From positions 96,001 through 160,000 of the forward strand of contig JBKBRF010000004.1 of assembly GCA_046292385.1 (NCBI GenBank): a stretch of DNA of 64,000 bases. Direction: 5' to 3'. This DNA is from Armatimonadota bacterium. GTDB taxonomy: Bacteria > Armatimonadota > SYMT01. The notes beneath the pieces were generated by a model. The model had not been told where the DNA came from. It saw only the letters and a program-made list of their open reading frames with translations, and did not search any database. Both the position numbers and the translations under genes were made by a program. This document shows positions 1 to 9,779 of the stretch, piece after piece; within the stretch, counting starts at the first letter, position 1; every line of letters begins with the position of its first letter.

Positions 1-707
1 TCCTCTGGGACGGCGAAGACGGAGGCGTCCAGCGGCCGGGTATACGCCTGGAAGTCGCGGATCAGAGTGAAGGACTGCACCAGAAGGCCGTTCCGGAGGC
101 GCTGCTGCTCGCGAATGGCGACCGGATTCAGCGAGCGTCCGGTGCGAACCACGTTCAAGTTCGCAATGCGGGCCATGGTGCGGTACTCCGGACCGATCAC
201 GTAACGCTCACCCGCGTGATCACTTCCGCTGGAGACACGCTCCTCCTTGTGGTAGAGCCGGGTCACGGAATCAGCGATGCGCTCGGTGCGCTTCAGGCTT
301 GCCCCGCGCAGCAGCCTGATCGGCTTCATGGAGACGCGCGGCTGGATCCGGATCCTGCGACAGGTGTTCGCGTCGAGGTCGATCTCATAGCGCTGCTGCT
401 TCCGGTAGTCCTCGATGACGCGGCAGCTCCGCGCTTCGGGCGCGATCACCTGAACGTCCCATCTCTGGCGCTTCCTGACCAGGTCGCGGTAGAGAGCGAC
501 CTCCATCACGTTCCCGGCCGTGTCCACGTAAGAGTTCTTCGACGTGAAGACCTTTGGCAGGCTGCTGGGCAGCGGCAATCTTGCTTCCTCGGCTTCGGCA
601 GCCGACAAGCCCGCATCAGCTACCGGGGCACCCCCTAACACGCACAGTCCCGCCGCGAACAGCGTTGCGAGCAACACCCAACGCGACCCTCGCATAACTA
701 CTTTCAT
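1..707 (-). CDS. Secreted protein, possible LolA/ependymin-like fold; 3' end runs off the window
   Basis: Not in the ORF track. Manual translation from ATG at 707 is open to position 1: MKVVMRGSRWVLLATLFAAGLCVLGGAPVADA (signal peptide) ... YEIDLDANTCRRI ... PLDASVFAVPE. Confidence 0.7.
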   Translation of the reverse strand, partial: MKVVMRGSRWVLLATLFAAGLCVLGGAPVADAGLSAAEAEEARLPLPSSLPKVFTSKNSYVDTAGNVMEVALYRDLVRKRQRWDVQVIAPEARSCRVIEDYRKQQRYEIDLDANTCRRIRIQPRVSMKPIRLLRGASLKRTERIADSVTRLYHKEERVSSGSDHAGERYVIGPEYRTMARIANLNVVRTGRSLNPVAIREQQRLRNGLLVQSFTLIRDFQAYTRPLDASVFAVPE

Positions 708-1115
708 CCGTTCCTACTCCCTGTGGCCTCACGCGCGCGTGGCAATGTTCGACGCTTCTCGCTCGTGAAGCCGCCCCGGGGGAGCGGCGAGACAGATGAG
801 AATGGGCGCGGCACCGTGCGCGAGCCGAACTGCAACGACCGAGGCCGGCACTGCTGCACGCCCCCCTTCACCGCCCCTCTGGAACGAGAGTCGTGAGCAG
901 GTGAGCCGGGCAACGTTCGCCCGACGGCCGCCTGCCTCCTCTCGGGGCGGGCGCCTCCCGGTCGGGAGCTGCGTCCGATCAGCACAGAGTCTCGTGAAAG
1001 TGGAGGACGGAATGAGTGAAGGGAGCGCTCCGCCGGAGGGAGTGCCGCGGCTGCCGGTGTCTACTGCCGCAGCGGCAGCACAAAGATCCGGTTCATCATC
1101 CGGTGACACCGTGAT

Positions 1116-1251
1116 CGGGCGGTTGAAACCCCGGCAACCAAGGCTCCAACCCGGCCCACGCCGACGGAGCAATTCGCCAGGGACCCCGGAGGGGGTTCCC
1201 CGTCCGGCGGATAAAACTTCGTGCGGTTGTTGCCGCGGTTTCAACCGCCCG
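1116..1251. repeat. REP/REPIN-like inverted repeat pair
   Basis: CGGGCGGTTGAAACCCCGGCAAC (1116-1138) and GTTGCCGCGGTTTCAACCGCCCG (1229-1251) are reverse complements at 22 of 23 positions. Confidence 0.75.
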
Positions 1252-1289
1252 GCTTTCCTGACCCCTGGCCCCAGCTCCCTGGTCCCTGG

Positions 1290-3656
1290 CTAATACAACT
1301 GCATCTCCGGGTGCATCGCCAGTGCCCAGAGGAGGTCCTCTACGCCCTCGCGCTTGACCGGGGTGCCGACCATCTCCACGCCGAGGCGCAGCTCTTCCGG
1401 GCTGGGGGCGCGGGAGAGGGCGTGGACGTAGAGCTTCCGCACCAGGGCGGCGGGGGAGGGGGCGCTTTCGGAGAGGCGGTCGGCGCCTGCCGTGAGGCGG
1501 TCGGCGAGGGTACCCCCGTTCGTTAGCTCCAGCGCTTCCAGGGTGGTGGCGACCGACTGGCGCTGCGTCACCACCTGCTCCCGGTTCGGGCGGCCCAGGG
1601 CGCGCATCAGTGGGTCGTTCAGCGCCATCGAGGCGCGGGATTCCACGATGGTGCGGTCGCCGGTCAGCACGAACAACTCGACTGAGGTCTGCGCGTTCGG
1701 CTGCAGGAGCGCGCCGCTGTCCGGACCGGCGACGGCGCGGAAGCGGGTGGTGCCCTTCGGGAGGTCGTAGACGAGGACGGAGTTGGCGTGGGTGCCGATG
1801 CCGTCCGCAAAAGTGCGATCACCGAGGCGCAGCGGCTGCTCGACCACGTTCTGCCCCAGGCGCACCTGACCGTAGCCGGTGCTGGCGCTGCGCCAGGGGA
1901 GCTTCGTTAAAGGCTGCTCGCCGTAGGTGCCGACCAGCCGCGGCTCCGCCCAGTCGACCCAGTCCGAGTTGCCGCCGTTGCCGCCGTCGCTGGCGACGAG
2001 GAGCAGCAGGTCGGCGCCGGTCACGTCGACGTCGATCTCCCGGAAGCCGTTCCGCATCACTCCGCTGGCGAGCTTCACCTCGGCGCCGCGCGGCACGACC
2101 GGCTTGCCGCCCTCGATCCGGAGCTGGGAGGCGGGGCGGGACCAGATGCCCGTGAGGGCGGAGACGGCGTCGACGAACTGCTCCGCGGAGAGGCGCTTCA
2201 CCACCGGGCCGCGGAACACGAACTCCTCCGTCGCTTGCGAGTCGAGGCCGACGGTCGGGAGCTGGTACGCGCGCGAGGTGGCGATCTGCTCCAGCAGCCG
2301 CTTCACGTCGTAGCCGTGCTCGGCGAAGTCGGCGGCGAGCCAGTCGAGGAGATCGGGGTGCCACGGGCGGGCGTCCATCTCGTCGGCCGGCTCCACCAGG
2401 GCCCGGCCCATCAGCTTGCCCCAGAGCCGGTTTACGAGGGTGCGCGCCAGGCGGCCGTTCTTGGGCGAGGTGAGCACCGCGGCAAGCTGCTCCCGACGCT
2501 GCTTCGGGGCTGCCTTTCCGTCGATCTCACCAAGCTGGGGATAGAGGAAACGGATCTGCGCCGTCTCGCCGGTGGGGACGTCGCAGCGGACCATCTCCAG
2601 CGGACCCTCGGCGTAAATGCTCGCCATGCCGTAGGCGTCGGCCAGCTTCCAGTTGTTGATGAAGCTGTCGTGGCAGGAGGCGCACTTCAGGTTCACCCCC
2701 ATGAAGATCTGGGAGATCCCCTGGGCGGCCTGCATTGCCGGCGTCTGGCTCGCGTTCACCACGCCGCGCCAGACGATTCCCTTGACGAAGCCTTCGGACT
2801 CGGGCGTCGGGTCGACCAGCTCCGCCACGAAGCGGTCGTACGGCTTGTTCGTCCGCAGCGCCTCGTAGAGCCAGCCGGTAATCTGCTTCCGGCCGCCGTC
2901 GATGTAGCCGGTGCCGGAGTAGTCGTTCCGGAGCGCGTCGTTCCAGAAGGTGAGCCAGTGCTCCGCGTAGTTCCGCTCGTCCCGCAGCAGCCGCCGGACC
3001 AGCTCCCTTCGCTTGTCCGGGCTGCGGTCGGCCGCGAACGCCTCCAGCTCCCCCGGAGTCGGGAGGAGGCCGACCAGGTCGAGGTAGACGCGCCGCGCGT
3101 AGGTGCGGTCGTCTACCGGCGTTCCGGGGCGGACCTTCTGCGCGCGATAGTACGGCAGCAGCAGGCGGTCGATCGGATGGGTAGCTCCCGCCTCCGCCGC
3201 GAGGAGCGCCGGCTTTCGCGGGGCCATCGGCGCGGTCCACGCGTCGCCCTGCTTCTCCGCGCCGAACGAGAGCCCCTGGTCGATCCAGGCGCGGAGGACG
3301 TCGACCTCCTTCTTCGTGAGCGGCGCGCCCTTGGGCGGCATCATCTTGCCGGGGATCTCGCCGGAGACCAGCTTGATCAGGTGGCTCTCGTCCGCCTTGC
3401 CGATCTTCACCACCGGATGCGTCGTCCCGCCGGTCAAGACCCCGCTGCGGCTGTCGATCTGGAACTCGCCCAGCTTGGACCCGTTCCCGTGGCAGGCGTA
3501 GCAGCGCGCTACCAGGATCGGCTTGACGTCCTTCTCGTAGGAGACGACCGGCGCCGCGGCCGCTTCCGAGACGAGCGCCGCGGCGATCACGCCGCCGGTC
3601 AGCACGACGGCGGAGCCGAGCACGAGGAGGGATTGAGAAAGGCGGAAAATGCTCAC
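1290..3656 (-). CDS. Planctomycete cytochrome c + DUF1549/DUF1553 (PSD1) protein with inserted NPCBM/NEW2 domain
   Basis: Signal peptide. VKPILVARCYACHG...WIDQG cytochrome domain, RRVYLDLVGLLPT, CASCH, NRLWGKLMGRALVEP, HPDLLDWLAADF. NPCBM motifs DGGNGGNSDWVDWAEP and GIGTHANS. Confidence 0.88.
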   Translation of the reverse strand: MSIFRLSQSLLVLGSAVVLTGGVIAAALVSEAAAAPVVSYEKDVKPILVARCYACHGNGSKLGEFQIDSRSGVLTGGTTHPVVKIGKADESHLIKLVSGEIPGKMMPPKGAPLTKKEVDVLRAWIDQGLSFGAEKQGDAWTAPMAPRKPALLAAEAGATHPIDRLLLPYYRAQKVRPGTPVDDRTYARRVYLDLVGLLPTPGELEAFAADRSPDKRRELVRRLLRDERNYAEHWLTFWNDALRNDYSGTGYIDGGRKQITGWLYEALRTNKPYDRFVAELVDPTPESEGFVKGIVWRGVVNASQTPAMQAAQGISQIFMGVNLKCASCHDSFINNWKLADAYGMASIYAEGPLEMVRCDVPTGETAQIRFLYPQLGEIDGKAAPKQRREQLAAVLTSPKNGRLARTLVNRLWGKLMGRALVEPADEMDARPWHPDLLDWLAADFAEHGYDVKRLLEQIATSRAYQLPTVGLDSQATEEFVFRGPVVKRLSAEQFVDAVSALTGIWSRPASQLRIEGGKPVVPRGAEVKLASGVMRNGFREIDVDVTGADLLLLVASDGGNGGNSDWVDWAEPRLVGTYGEQPLTKLPWRSASTGYGQVRLGQNVVEQPLRLGDRTFADGIGTHANSVLVYDLPKGTTRFRAVAGPDSGALLQPNAQTSVELFVLTGDRTIVESRASMALNDPLMRALGRPNREQVVTQRQSVATTLEALELTNGGTLADRLTAGADRLSESAPSPAALVRKLYVHALSRAPSPEELRLGVEMVGTPVKREGVEDLLWALAMHPEMQLY

Positions 3657-3660
3657 GATG

Positions 3661-4608
3661 CTACTTCTGTGACTCGTTCAGGCGGGAGAGCTTCCAGCGG
3701 GTGACGTAGGCGGCACTCTTTCCCGGCGGGATCTTGCGGAGGGGGCTCAGCACCTCCAGCTCCATATACCGGTCCGGGTCCGGGTTCGACCAGATCTCCA
3801 GCGAGCAGCCTTCGTCTGGATACGACGCGCCGCGCTCGTGGGAGGCGGAGATCTCGAACCGCAGCCCCTTCAGCTCCGCCCAGACCCGCCCCTGCGGAGA
3901 GTCGCCGCCGATCTTGCCGCCCTTCTGCGGGTCGCGCGTCAGCCAGACCGCGTCACCCCGCGTGGTGACGTTCCCCGGAACCGGGGGACTCGTCTCGAAG
4001 ACGCGGTAGCCTTGCGGGAAGCGGCCCCGTTGGTAGAGGGGCAGACCGGCGCGATCGGGAGCGTCGACCTGCGCCACTTCCCAGACGGACCATTCTACCT
4101 CTCGGGAGCCCGCGTTGTGCAAGCGATTGGTGAGCGTGACCCCGGTTCCACTCGGCGCGAGGGCGATGATGCGCGAGAAGCGGATCTCCCCTTTCGGGCT
4201 GATGGGGCCGGTCACCTGGACGCGACCGCCGGGAAGGACCTCCACCTGGTGCTCGCCGCGATCGAGATGCGGATCGGGCGGCCAGCCCCAGCGCGACTGC
4301 GGCGCGGGCCACAGCTTGTCTCCGCCGAAGTTCACCCAGTCGCCGCCCTCGGTCGGGCTCACCGTCTTCCCGCGCAAGGCTTCTTTCTCCCAGAGCACGT
4401 TCGGCCCGCCGAGGAAGCCATATCGCAGGATGCGGCCGACCTGCGGCACGAAGACCAGCTCGACCGTACCGTTCGTCAGCCGGTAGGCGCCGCTCCAGCC
4501 GTGGTAATCGACCCGCTCGACGCGCGGCGACCGCGCCTCGGCGGCAGCGGCGCAGGTGAGCGCGAGCGCCAGGAGGGCTGCGAAGGCGAGGGCGATCAGT
4601 CGGTGCAT
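3661..4608 (-). CDS. DUF4380-like secreted protein (galactose-mutarotase-like fold)
   Basis: Signal peptide, VPQVGRIL, NFGGDKLWPAPQSRWGWPPDP, YMELEVLSP. Confidence 0.75.
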   Translation of the reverse strand: MHRLIALAFAALLALALTCAAAAEARSPRVERVDYHGWSGAYRLTNGTVELVFVPQVGRILRYGFLGGPNVLWEKEALRGKTVSPTEGGDWVNFGGDKLWPAPQSRWGWPPDPHLDRGEHQVEVLPGGRVQVTGPISPKGEIRFSRIIALAPSGTGVTLTNRLHNAGSREVEWSVWEVAQVDAPDRAGLPLYQRGRFPQGYRVFETSPPVPGNVTTRGDAVWLTRDPQKGGKIGGDSPQGRVWAELKGLRFEISASHERGASYPDEGCSLEIWSNPDPDRYMELEVLSPLRKIPPGKSAAYVTRWKLSRLNESQK

Positions 4609-4792
4609 CGGCGGCTCCGGGAATCCGGTCGGATGGCTCAGGATCCGGCGCCATGCGCGGATCTTCCTCCCGCCATCGGGAGACTCAGATGGGGTGGCTT
4701 GCGAAACGGTTGAGTATCGGATTGAGACGCAACCCCTCAGTGCGCCGTGTGTCTCAACGGGCGCCTAAGGATTGTCCAAGGAGGAGAGACGC

Positions 4793-7120
4793 ATGCGGTG
4801 GCTGGTAGCTCTTGCGGGTGCTTCGCTCTGCTTTGCGCCCCTCGCGCTGGCGGCGCCGGCGAAGTCGCGCACCGCGAAGCCGCGGACCACCGCCCGGAAG
4901 CCGGCTGCAAAGCGCCCCACCGCCAGACCCCCTGCGGGAAAGACGCCTTCTGCGACCAAGAAGCCGCCGGCGCCGCCCAAGCCGGTCGTCAAGGCGCCCG
5001 AGCATCCGCAGTTCCTCCGGCACGTCGCCCCGATCCTGGACAAGCAGGGCTGCTCCGTCGCCGCCTGCCACGGCAAGTTCGGCGGTCGCGGCGACTTCCA
5101 GCTCTCCCTCCTCACCCTGGCGCCGGAGGACGACTACGCCCCGATCGTCTACGGCGCGCGCGGGCGCCGCGTGAACCTGCAAGAGCCGGAGCAGAGCCTC
5201 TTCCTGCTAAAGGCGATCAACGCGGTGCCGCACGGCGGCGGCCCGCGCTTCCGGAAAGACTCCCTCGAGTACCAGACCCTCCTCAACTGGCTGAAAGACG
5301 GCGCGCCGTTCCGGGAAGAAGACCCCCGCCTGCAGGAGCTGACCGTCACCCCCGCCCAGCAGGTGCTGAAGGCCGGATCGAAGGCGCGGCTCAAGGTGCT
5401 GGCGCGCTGGAGCGACGGCCAGGTGGAGGACGTCACCAAGCAGGCGATCTACACCTCGTCCGATGAGCCGGTCGCCACGGTAGACGGTGCCGGCGTGATC
5501 ACCGGCGTCCGGTGGGGCGGCACCGCCGTCCAGGTGCGGTATCTCGGGGTGGCGCGGGCCGGCTTCGTGACCCTGCCGCAGGAGCGAAAGGGCGCCGGCA
5601 ACTACCCGGAAGGGCCGCGCGCCAACTTTATCGACGAGTACGTCTTCACCAACCTGAAGCGGATGAACGTGCTCCCGTCGCCCACCAGCAGCGACGAGCA
5701 GTTCTGCCGCCGCGTCTACCTGGATACGCTCGGCGTGCTCCCCACGCCGGAAGAGCTGGAGCAGTTCGTCCACAGCGCCGATCCGCGGAAGCGGGCAAAG
5801 CTGATCGACGCGCTGCTGGAGCGGCCGGAGTTCGTCGACCTCCGCACCCTCCGCCTCGCCGACATGCTCCGCCTCAACCCGCGGAAGATCAACAACAACG
5901 GCGCGGTCGGCCAGCGCTCCGTCGTGCTCTTCCACGAGTGGATCCGCGAGAACGTGGCGAAGAACCGCCCGTGGGACCAGCTGGTGAAGGAGCTTCTCGC
6001 CGCGCGGGGCAGCCTGCTCTACAACGGGCCGGCCTCCTACTGGGCGATCGAGCGGACCGCGAACGACCGGGCGGAGACGACCGGCCAGGCGTTCCTCGGC
6101 GTGCGGCTCCAGTGCGCGCGCTGCCACAAGCACCCGTTCGACCGCTGGACCACGGACGATTACTGGAACTTCAGCGCCTTCCACGGCAAGATCGGCCTGC
6201 GCAACGTTCCCGGCGGCGCCTTCGCGGAGCAGGAGGTCTTCTACAACGCCGGCGCGCGGGTGGTGAACGAATCGGTGAACGGACCGCGCCGCGGCCTCCC
6301 GGCGGAGCCGACCTTCCTCGGCGCGAAGCCGCTGACCGAGGAGGAGCTGAAAGAGGATATCTCTCTCAAGCTCGCGGACTGGGTTACGTCGCCGGAGAAC
6401 CCGTTCTTCGCGCGGGCGACGATGAACCGGCTCTGGAGCCAGTTCTTCGGCCGCGCACTGATCCACCCGGTGGACGACATGCGGGAGACGACGCCGGAGT
6501 CGGTTCCCGGTCTGCTCGACGCGCTGGCGAAGGAGCTGGTCTCGCACCAGTACGACCTGAAGCACATGATCCGGTTGATCCTGAACAGCCGGACGTACCA
6601 GCTCTCCTCCGAGCCGAACGAGAGCAACACGCTGGATGACCGCTTCCACGCGCGCTACTATCCGAAGCCAATGCTCGCGCAGGTGATGCTCGACGCGTTG
6701 AACCAGGCGACCGGCGTCACGGAGCGGCTCACCGCGTTCCCGCTCACGCGGACGGTGGAGCTGCCGCTGCCGGCAAACAACTTCTTCCTGGACGTCTTCG
6801 GCCAGTCCCACCGCGAGTACCTGACGGAGCTCGACCCGAAGCTGGAGCCGAACCTGGTGCAGACGCTGCACATGATGAACTCCGGGTATGTGAACGGAAA
6901 GATCCGCGGCGGCACCGCGGCTAGGGAGCTGGCGCGGGACAAGATGGCAGACGCGGAGTTGATCCGCCGCGCCTTCCTCCGCACCGTCTGCCGCCCGCCC
7001 ACCGCGCGGGAAGTCGAGGCCGCCATGGCCGCGCTCGCCAAGACCGAGAAACGGCAGGAGTGGGTGGAAGACCTGATGTGGGCGCTGCTGTCGTCGCGGG
7101 AGTTCCTGTTTATTAGCTAA
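4793..7120 (+). CDS. DUF1549/DUF1553 protein with Ig-like domain and heme-binding motifs
   Basis: ATG at 4793 after GGAGGAG. Signal peptide, GCSVAACHG, Ig-like segment (DVTKQAIYTSSDEPVATVD), RRVYLDTLGVLPT, CARCHKHPF, EDLMWALLSSREFLF. Confidence 0.88.
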   Translation: MRWLVALAGASLCFAPLALAAPAKSRTAKPRTTARKPAAKRPTARPPAGKTPSATKKPPAPPKPVVKAPEHPQFLRHVAPILDKQGCSVAACHGKFGGRGDFQLSLLTLAPEDDYAPIVYGARGRRVNLQEPEQSLFLLKAINAVPHGGGPRFRKDSLEYQTLLNWLKDGAPFREEDPRLQELTVTPAQQVLKAGSKARLKVLARWSDGQVEDVTKQAIYTSSDEPVATVDGAGVITGVRWGGTAVQVRYLGVARAGFVTLPQERKGAGNYPEGPRANFIDEYVFTNLKRMNVLPSPTSSDEQFCRRVYLDTLGVLPTPEELEQFVHSADPRKRAKLIDALLERPEFVDLRTLRLADMLRLNPRKINNNGAVGQRSVVLFHEWIRENVAKNRPWDQLVKELLAARGSLLYNGPASYWAIERTANDRAETTGQAFLGVRLQCARCHKHPFDRWTTDDYWNFSAFHGKIGLRNVPGGAFAEQEVFYNAGARVVNESVNGPRRGLPAEPTFLGAKPLTEEELKEDISLKLADWVTSPENPFFARATMNRLWSQFFGRALIHPVDDMRETTPESVPGLLDALAKELVSHQYDLKHMIRLILNSRTYQLSSEPNESNTLDDRFHARYYPKPMLAQVMLDALNQATGVTERLTAFPLTRTVELPLPANNFFLDVFGQSHREYLTELDPKLEPNLVQTLHMMNSGYVNGKIRGGTAARELARDKMADAELIRRAFLRTVCRPPTAREVEAAMAALAKTEKRQEWVEDLMWALLSSREFLFIS

Positions 7121-7216
7121 CGCCGTCGTATTCCGTGTTGCGTATTGCGCAGCGACGGGCTGCGACCGCTCTCCGGCAGATCGTGCCGGGCGTGATGCTG
7201 TGGCGTGGATCGGGTT

Positions 7217-7305
7217 CGCCCCGGAGGGGCGGGAGAGATTAGCCGGGGGTCAGCGCAGCGCAGCCCCCGGACCGGATCTGAATGGAAGGTCCGCCCTGGA
7301 TGGGC
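7217..7305. repeat. REP-like palindromic element
   Basis: CGCCCCGGAGGGGCG, CCGGGGG-TCAGCGCAGCGCAG-CCCCCGG and CCGCCCTGGATGGGCGG hairpins in an intergenic gap. Confidence 0.55.
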
Positions 7306-7384
7306 GGGAGGACCGACCTCGAACAAGCTGGACTTAACGAATTGGCGCCGCTCCGGCAGGGGCGGGGGAAATGAGGAGCGAGCT

Positions 7385-8698
7385 ATGAAGGCCCGGGTCA
7401 CGGATTGTGAAAAGTTTCACCGGCGCGACTTCCTGAAGGTTGGCGTGCTGGGCGCGGTCGGCGGCCTGACGATGACCGACCTCTTCGCGCTCCGGGCACA
7501 GGCCGCGGCGCAGAATGGCGGCTCGTCTCCGACCGAATCGGTGATTCTGATCTGGCAGGGGGGCGGTCCCAGCCATATTGACACCTTCGATCCGAAGCCG
7601 GACGCGCCGGAAGAGATCCGCGGCACCTTCAACCCGATCGAGACGAACGTGAAGGGCATCCGCATCAGCGAGCACCTCCCGCACCTGGCGAAGGTAATGG
7701 ACAAGGTGGCGCTGATCCGCTCCGTCACCACCAACGAGGCGGCCCACGAGCGCGGCACCCACTACATGCTGACCGGTTTCACGCCCCTTCCCGGCTTCGC
7801 AGTGCCGGGGTTCGGCGCGGTCGCCGCCAAGTTCCGCGGCGCCCGCAGCGCGCTGCCGCCCTACATCGCGATCCCGAACGCGCTCAGCGACGGCGGCGGC
7901 GCCGGCTTCCTCGGCGCGGCGCTCAACCCGTTCTCGCCGAGCGGCGACCCGGCCTCGTCGAATTTCAGCGTCCGCGACCTCGACCTGCCCAACGGGATGA
8001 CGCTGGAGCAAGCGGACCGGCGCCGGACCCTCCGAGAGGCGATCGATAGCTCCTTCGCCCGGTTCGAGAAGGGGAGCGACCAGATCCGCGCGACGGGCGA
8101 GTTCTACAACCGCGCCTACGCGCTGCTCTCCAGCCAGGAGGCGCGCGCGGCCTTCGACATGAAGAAGGAGCCGAACGAGGTGAAGGATGCCTACGGGCGC
8201 AATCGCTTCGGCCAGAGCTGCCTGCTGGCGCGCCGACTGGTGGAGACCGGCGTCCGCTTCGTGACGGTGAGCCTCGGCGGGTGGGACACGCACGGCAACG
8301 GCTTCCGCTCGCTCAGCGAGAGCCTGCTGCCGACCTACGACCGCACCGTCGCCGCCCTGGTGAAGGACCTGGACGACCGCGGCCTGCTCAAGACCACCAT
8401 GGTGATCTCCATGGGCGAGTTCGGCCGCACGCCGGTGGTGAACCGGGACGGCGGGCGCGATCACTACGCCCGGGTCTTCTCCATGCTCATGGCCGGCGGC
8501 GGGTTGAAGGGCGGCCAGGTGGTCGGCGCTTCGGACGCGCGCGGGATGGAAGTCGCCAGCCGCCCGGTGCGGCCGGAGGACGTCGCCGCGACGATCTACC
8601 AGCAGCTCGGTATCGACTACACGCAGAGCATCGAGTCGCCGGAGGGGGTGCGGATCACGCTTTCCCGCGGCGGCCGCCCGATCTCGGAGCTGGTGTAG
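7385..8698 (+). CDS. DUF1501 family protein (Tat signal)
   Basis: ATG at 7385 after GAGGAG. HRRDFLKVG twin-arginine motif, WQGGGPSHIDTFDPKP, FGQSCLLARRLVE, WDTH, MGEFGRTP, GRDHY. Confidence 0.92.
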   Translation: MKARVTDCEKFHRRDFLKVGVLGAVGGLTMTDLFALRAQAAAQNGGSSPTESVILIWQGGGPSHIDTFDPKPDAPEEIRGTFNPIETNVKGIRISEHLPHLAKVMDKVALIRSVTTNEAAHERGTHYMLTGFTPLPGFAVPGFGAVAAKFRGARSALPPYIAIPNALSDGGGAGFLGAALNPFSPSGDPASSNFSVRDLDLPNGMTLEQADRRRTLREAIDSSFARFEKGSDQIRATGEFYNRAYALLSSQEARAAFDMKKEPNEVKDAYGRNRFGQSCLLARRLVETGVRFVTVSLGGWDTHGNGFRSLSESLLPTYDRTVAALVKDLDDRGLLKTTMVISMGEFGRTPVVNRDGGRDHYARVFSMLMAGGGLKGGQVVGASDARGMEVASRPVRPEDVAATIYQQLGIDYTQSIESPEGVRITLSRGGRPISELV

Positions 8699-8701
8699 CC
8701 C

Positions 8702-9751
8702 GTGTCGTTCCTTCGCTCCTCGAAACCTGGACGCCTCACCCGCCGTACCCTGCTGGGTGCGGCGGCGGCTGGCGCGGGGTTCGCGTCGCTCCGCCCGGCC
8801 GCTGCGGCGCCTCCGTCCCCGGTCTGGGCGGTTGCCTACTCGCCGGACGGCAAGCTCCTCGCCGCCGGGCGCTACCGGGAGGTGCTCGTCTGGCGGCTGG
8901 GGGATCCGGGGGCACGGCCCTCGATCGTCTGGAACGAAGCTCCGGGGCCGGTGCGCGGCCTCGCGTGGAGCCCGGACGGAACCCGCCTGGCCGCCGCGAC
9001 GGGACGCCCGGGGCAAACCGGCGAGGTAGCGGTGATCCACGGCGCCCACCAGCCGCCGCTGGGCGGCGAGTACCCGGTCCACCTCTACAAAGAGCACAAA
9101 GACGTGGTAGAGGGGATCGCCTTCGCCTCCGAGGGCCGCGTGCTGCTCACCGCGGGGCTGGACGACCGAGCGCTGGCGCTCCAGATGGAGCCGCGCAAGC
9201 CGCTCGCCACGATGGGGGACCACACCGGGCGCGTCACCGCGATCGCCGTCTCCCCCAACGGCAAGTACGTCGCGACCGGCAGCCTGGATCGGACTGTCAA
9301 GATCTGGAGCGCCGCGGACTACCTTCCGCTCGCCAACGTCGACGGCAGCGTCGGGCCGGTCACCGCCCTCGTCTTCATTCCGGGGAACGACCAGTTCGCC
9401 GTGGCGGGCGAAGAGGGGAACGTGCGCCTCTTCCGCGTCGTGGAGCAGCGCTCCGGCGGGCAGGTCGGCGTCAACGGCGCCTTCGTCCGGCAGATCAACG
9501 GGAACCGAACGCCGGTCAACTGCCTGGCGGTCGCCGCGAAGGGCACCCTCCTGGCGATCGGCGGCGAGGACCGGGTGGTCCACCTCTACGACTCCGCCAA
9601 CGGACGGCGCCTGCAGCAGCTCAAAGACTCGCCGGAGCCGATCTACGGGGTAGCGCTCTCCCCGGATGCGTCCCAGGTGGCGGCGGGAAGCCGCGACGGT
9701 AAGGTCCGGATCTGGAGCGCGGCCGACGGCAAGCTTCTGCACACGCTCTAA
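8702..9751 (+). CDS. WD40-repeat beta-propeller protein (Tat signal)
   Basis: TRRTLLG twin-arginine motif and about 7 WD40 repeats (AVAYSPDGKLLAAG, TGSLDRTVKIWS, AGSRDGKVRIWS). Confidence 0.9.
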   Translation: MSFLRSSKPGRLTRRTLLGAAAAGAGFASLRPAAAAPPSPVWAVAYSPDGKLLAAGRYREVLVWRLGDPGARPSIVWNEAPGPVRGLAWSPDGTRLAAATGRPGQTGEVAVIHGAHQPPLGGEYPVHLYKEHKDVVEGIAFASEGRVLLTAGLDDRALALQMEPRKPLATMGDHTGRVTAIAVSPNGKYVATGSLDRTVKIWSAADYLPLANVDGSVGPVTALVFIPGNDQFAVAGEEGNVRLFRVVEQRSGGQVGVNGAFVRQINGNRTPVNCLAVAAKGTLLAIGGEDRVVHLYDSANGRRLQQLKDSPEPIYGVALSPDASQVAAGSRDGKVRIWSAADGKLLHTL

Positions 9752-9779
9752 CTCGCTCTCCTGAAGTAGCTCCGATCCT

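Noticed and set aside
708..1115. Small ORFs or ncRNA in the intergenic gap
   Set aside because: Translations are Arg/Pro-rich with no motif, and no known RNA structure was recognised.
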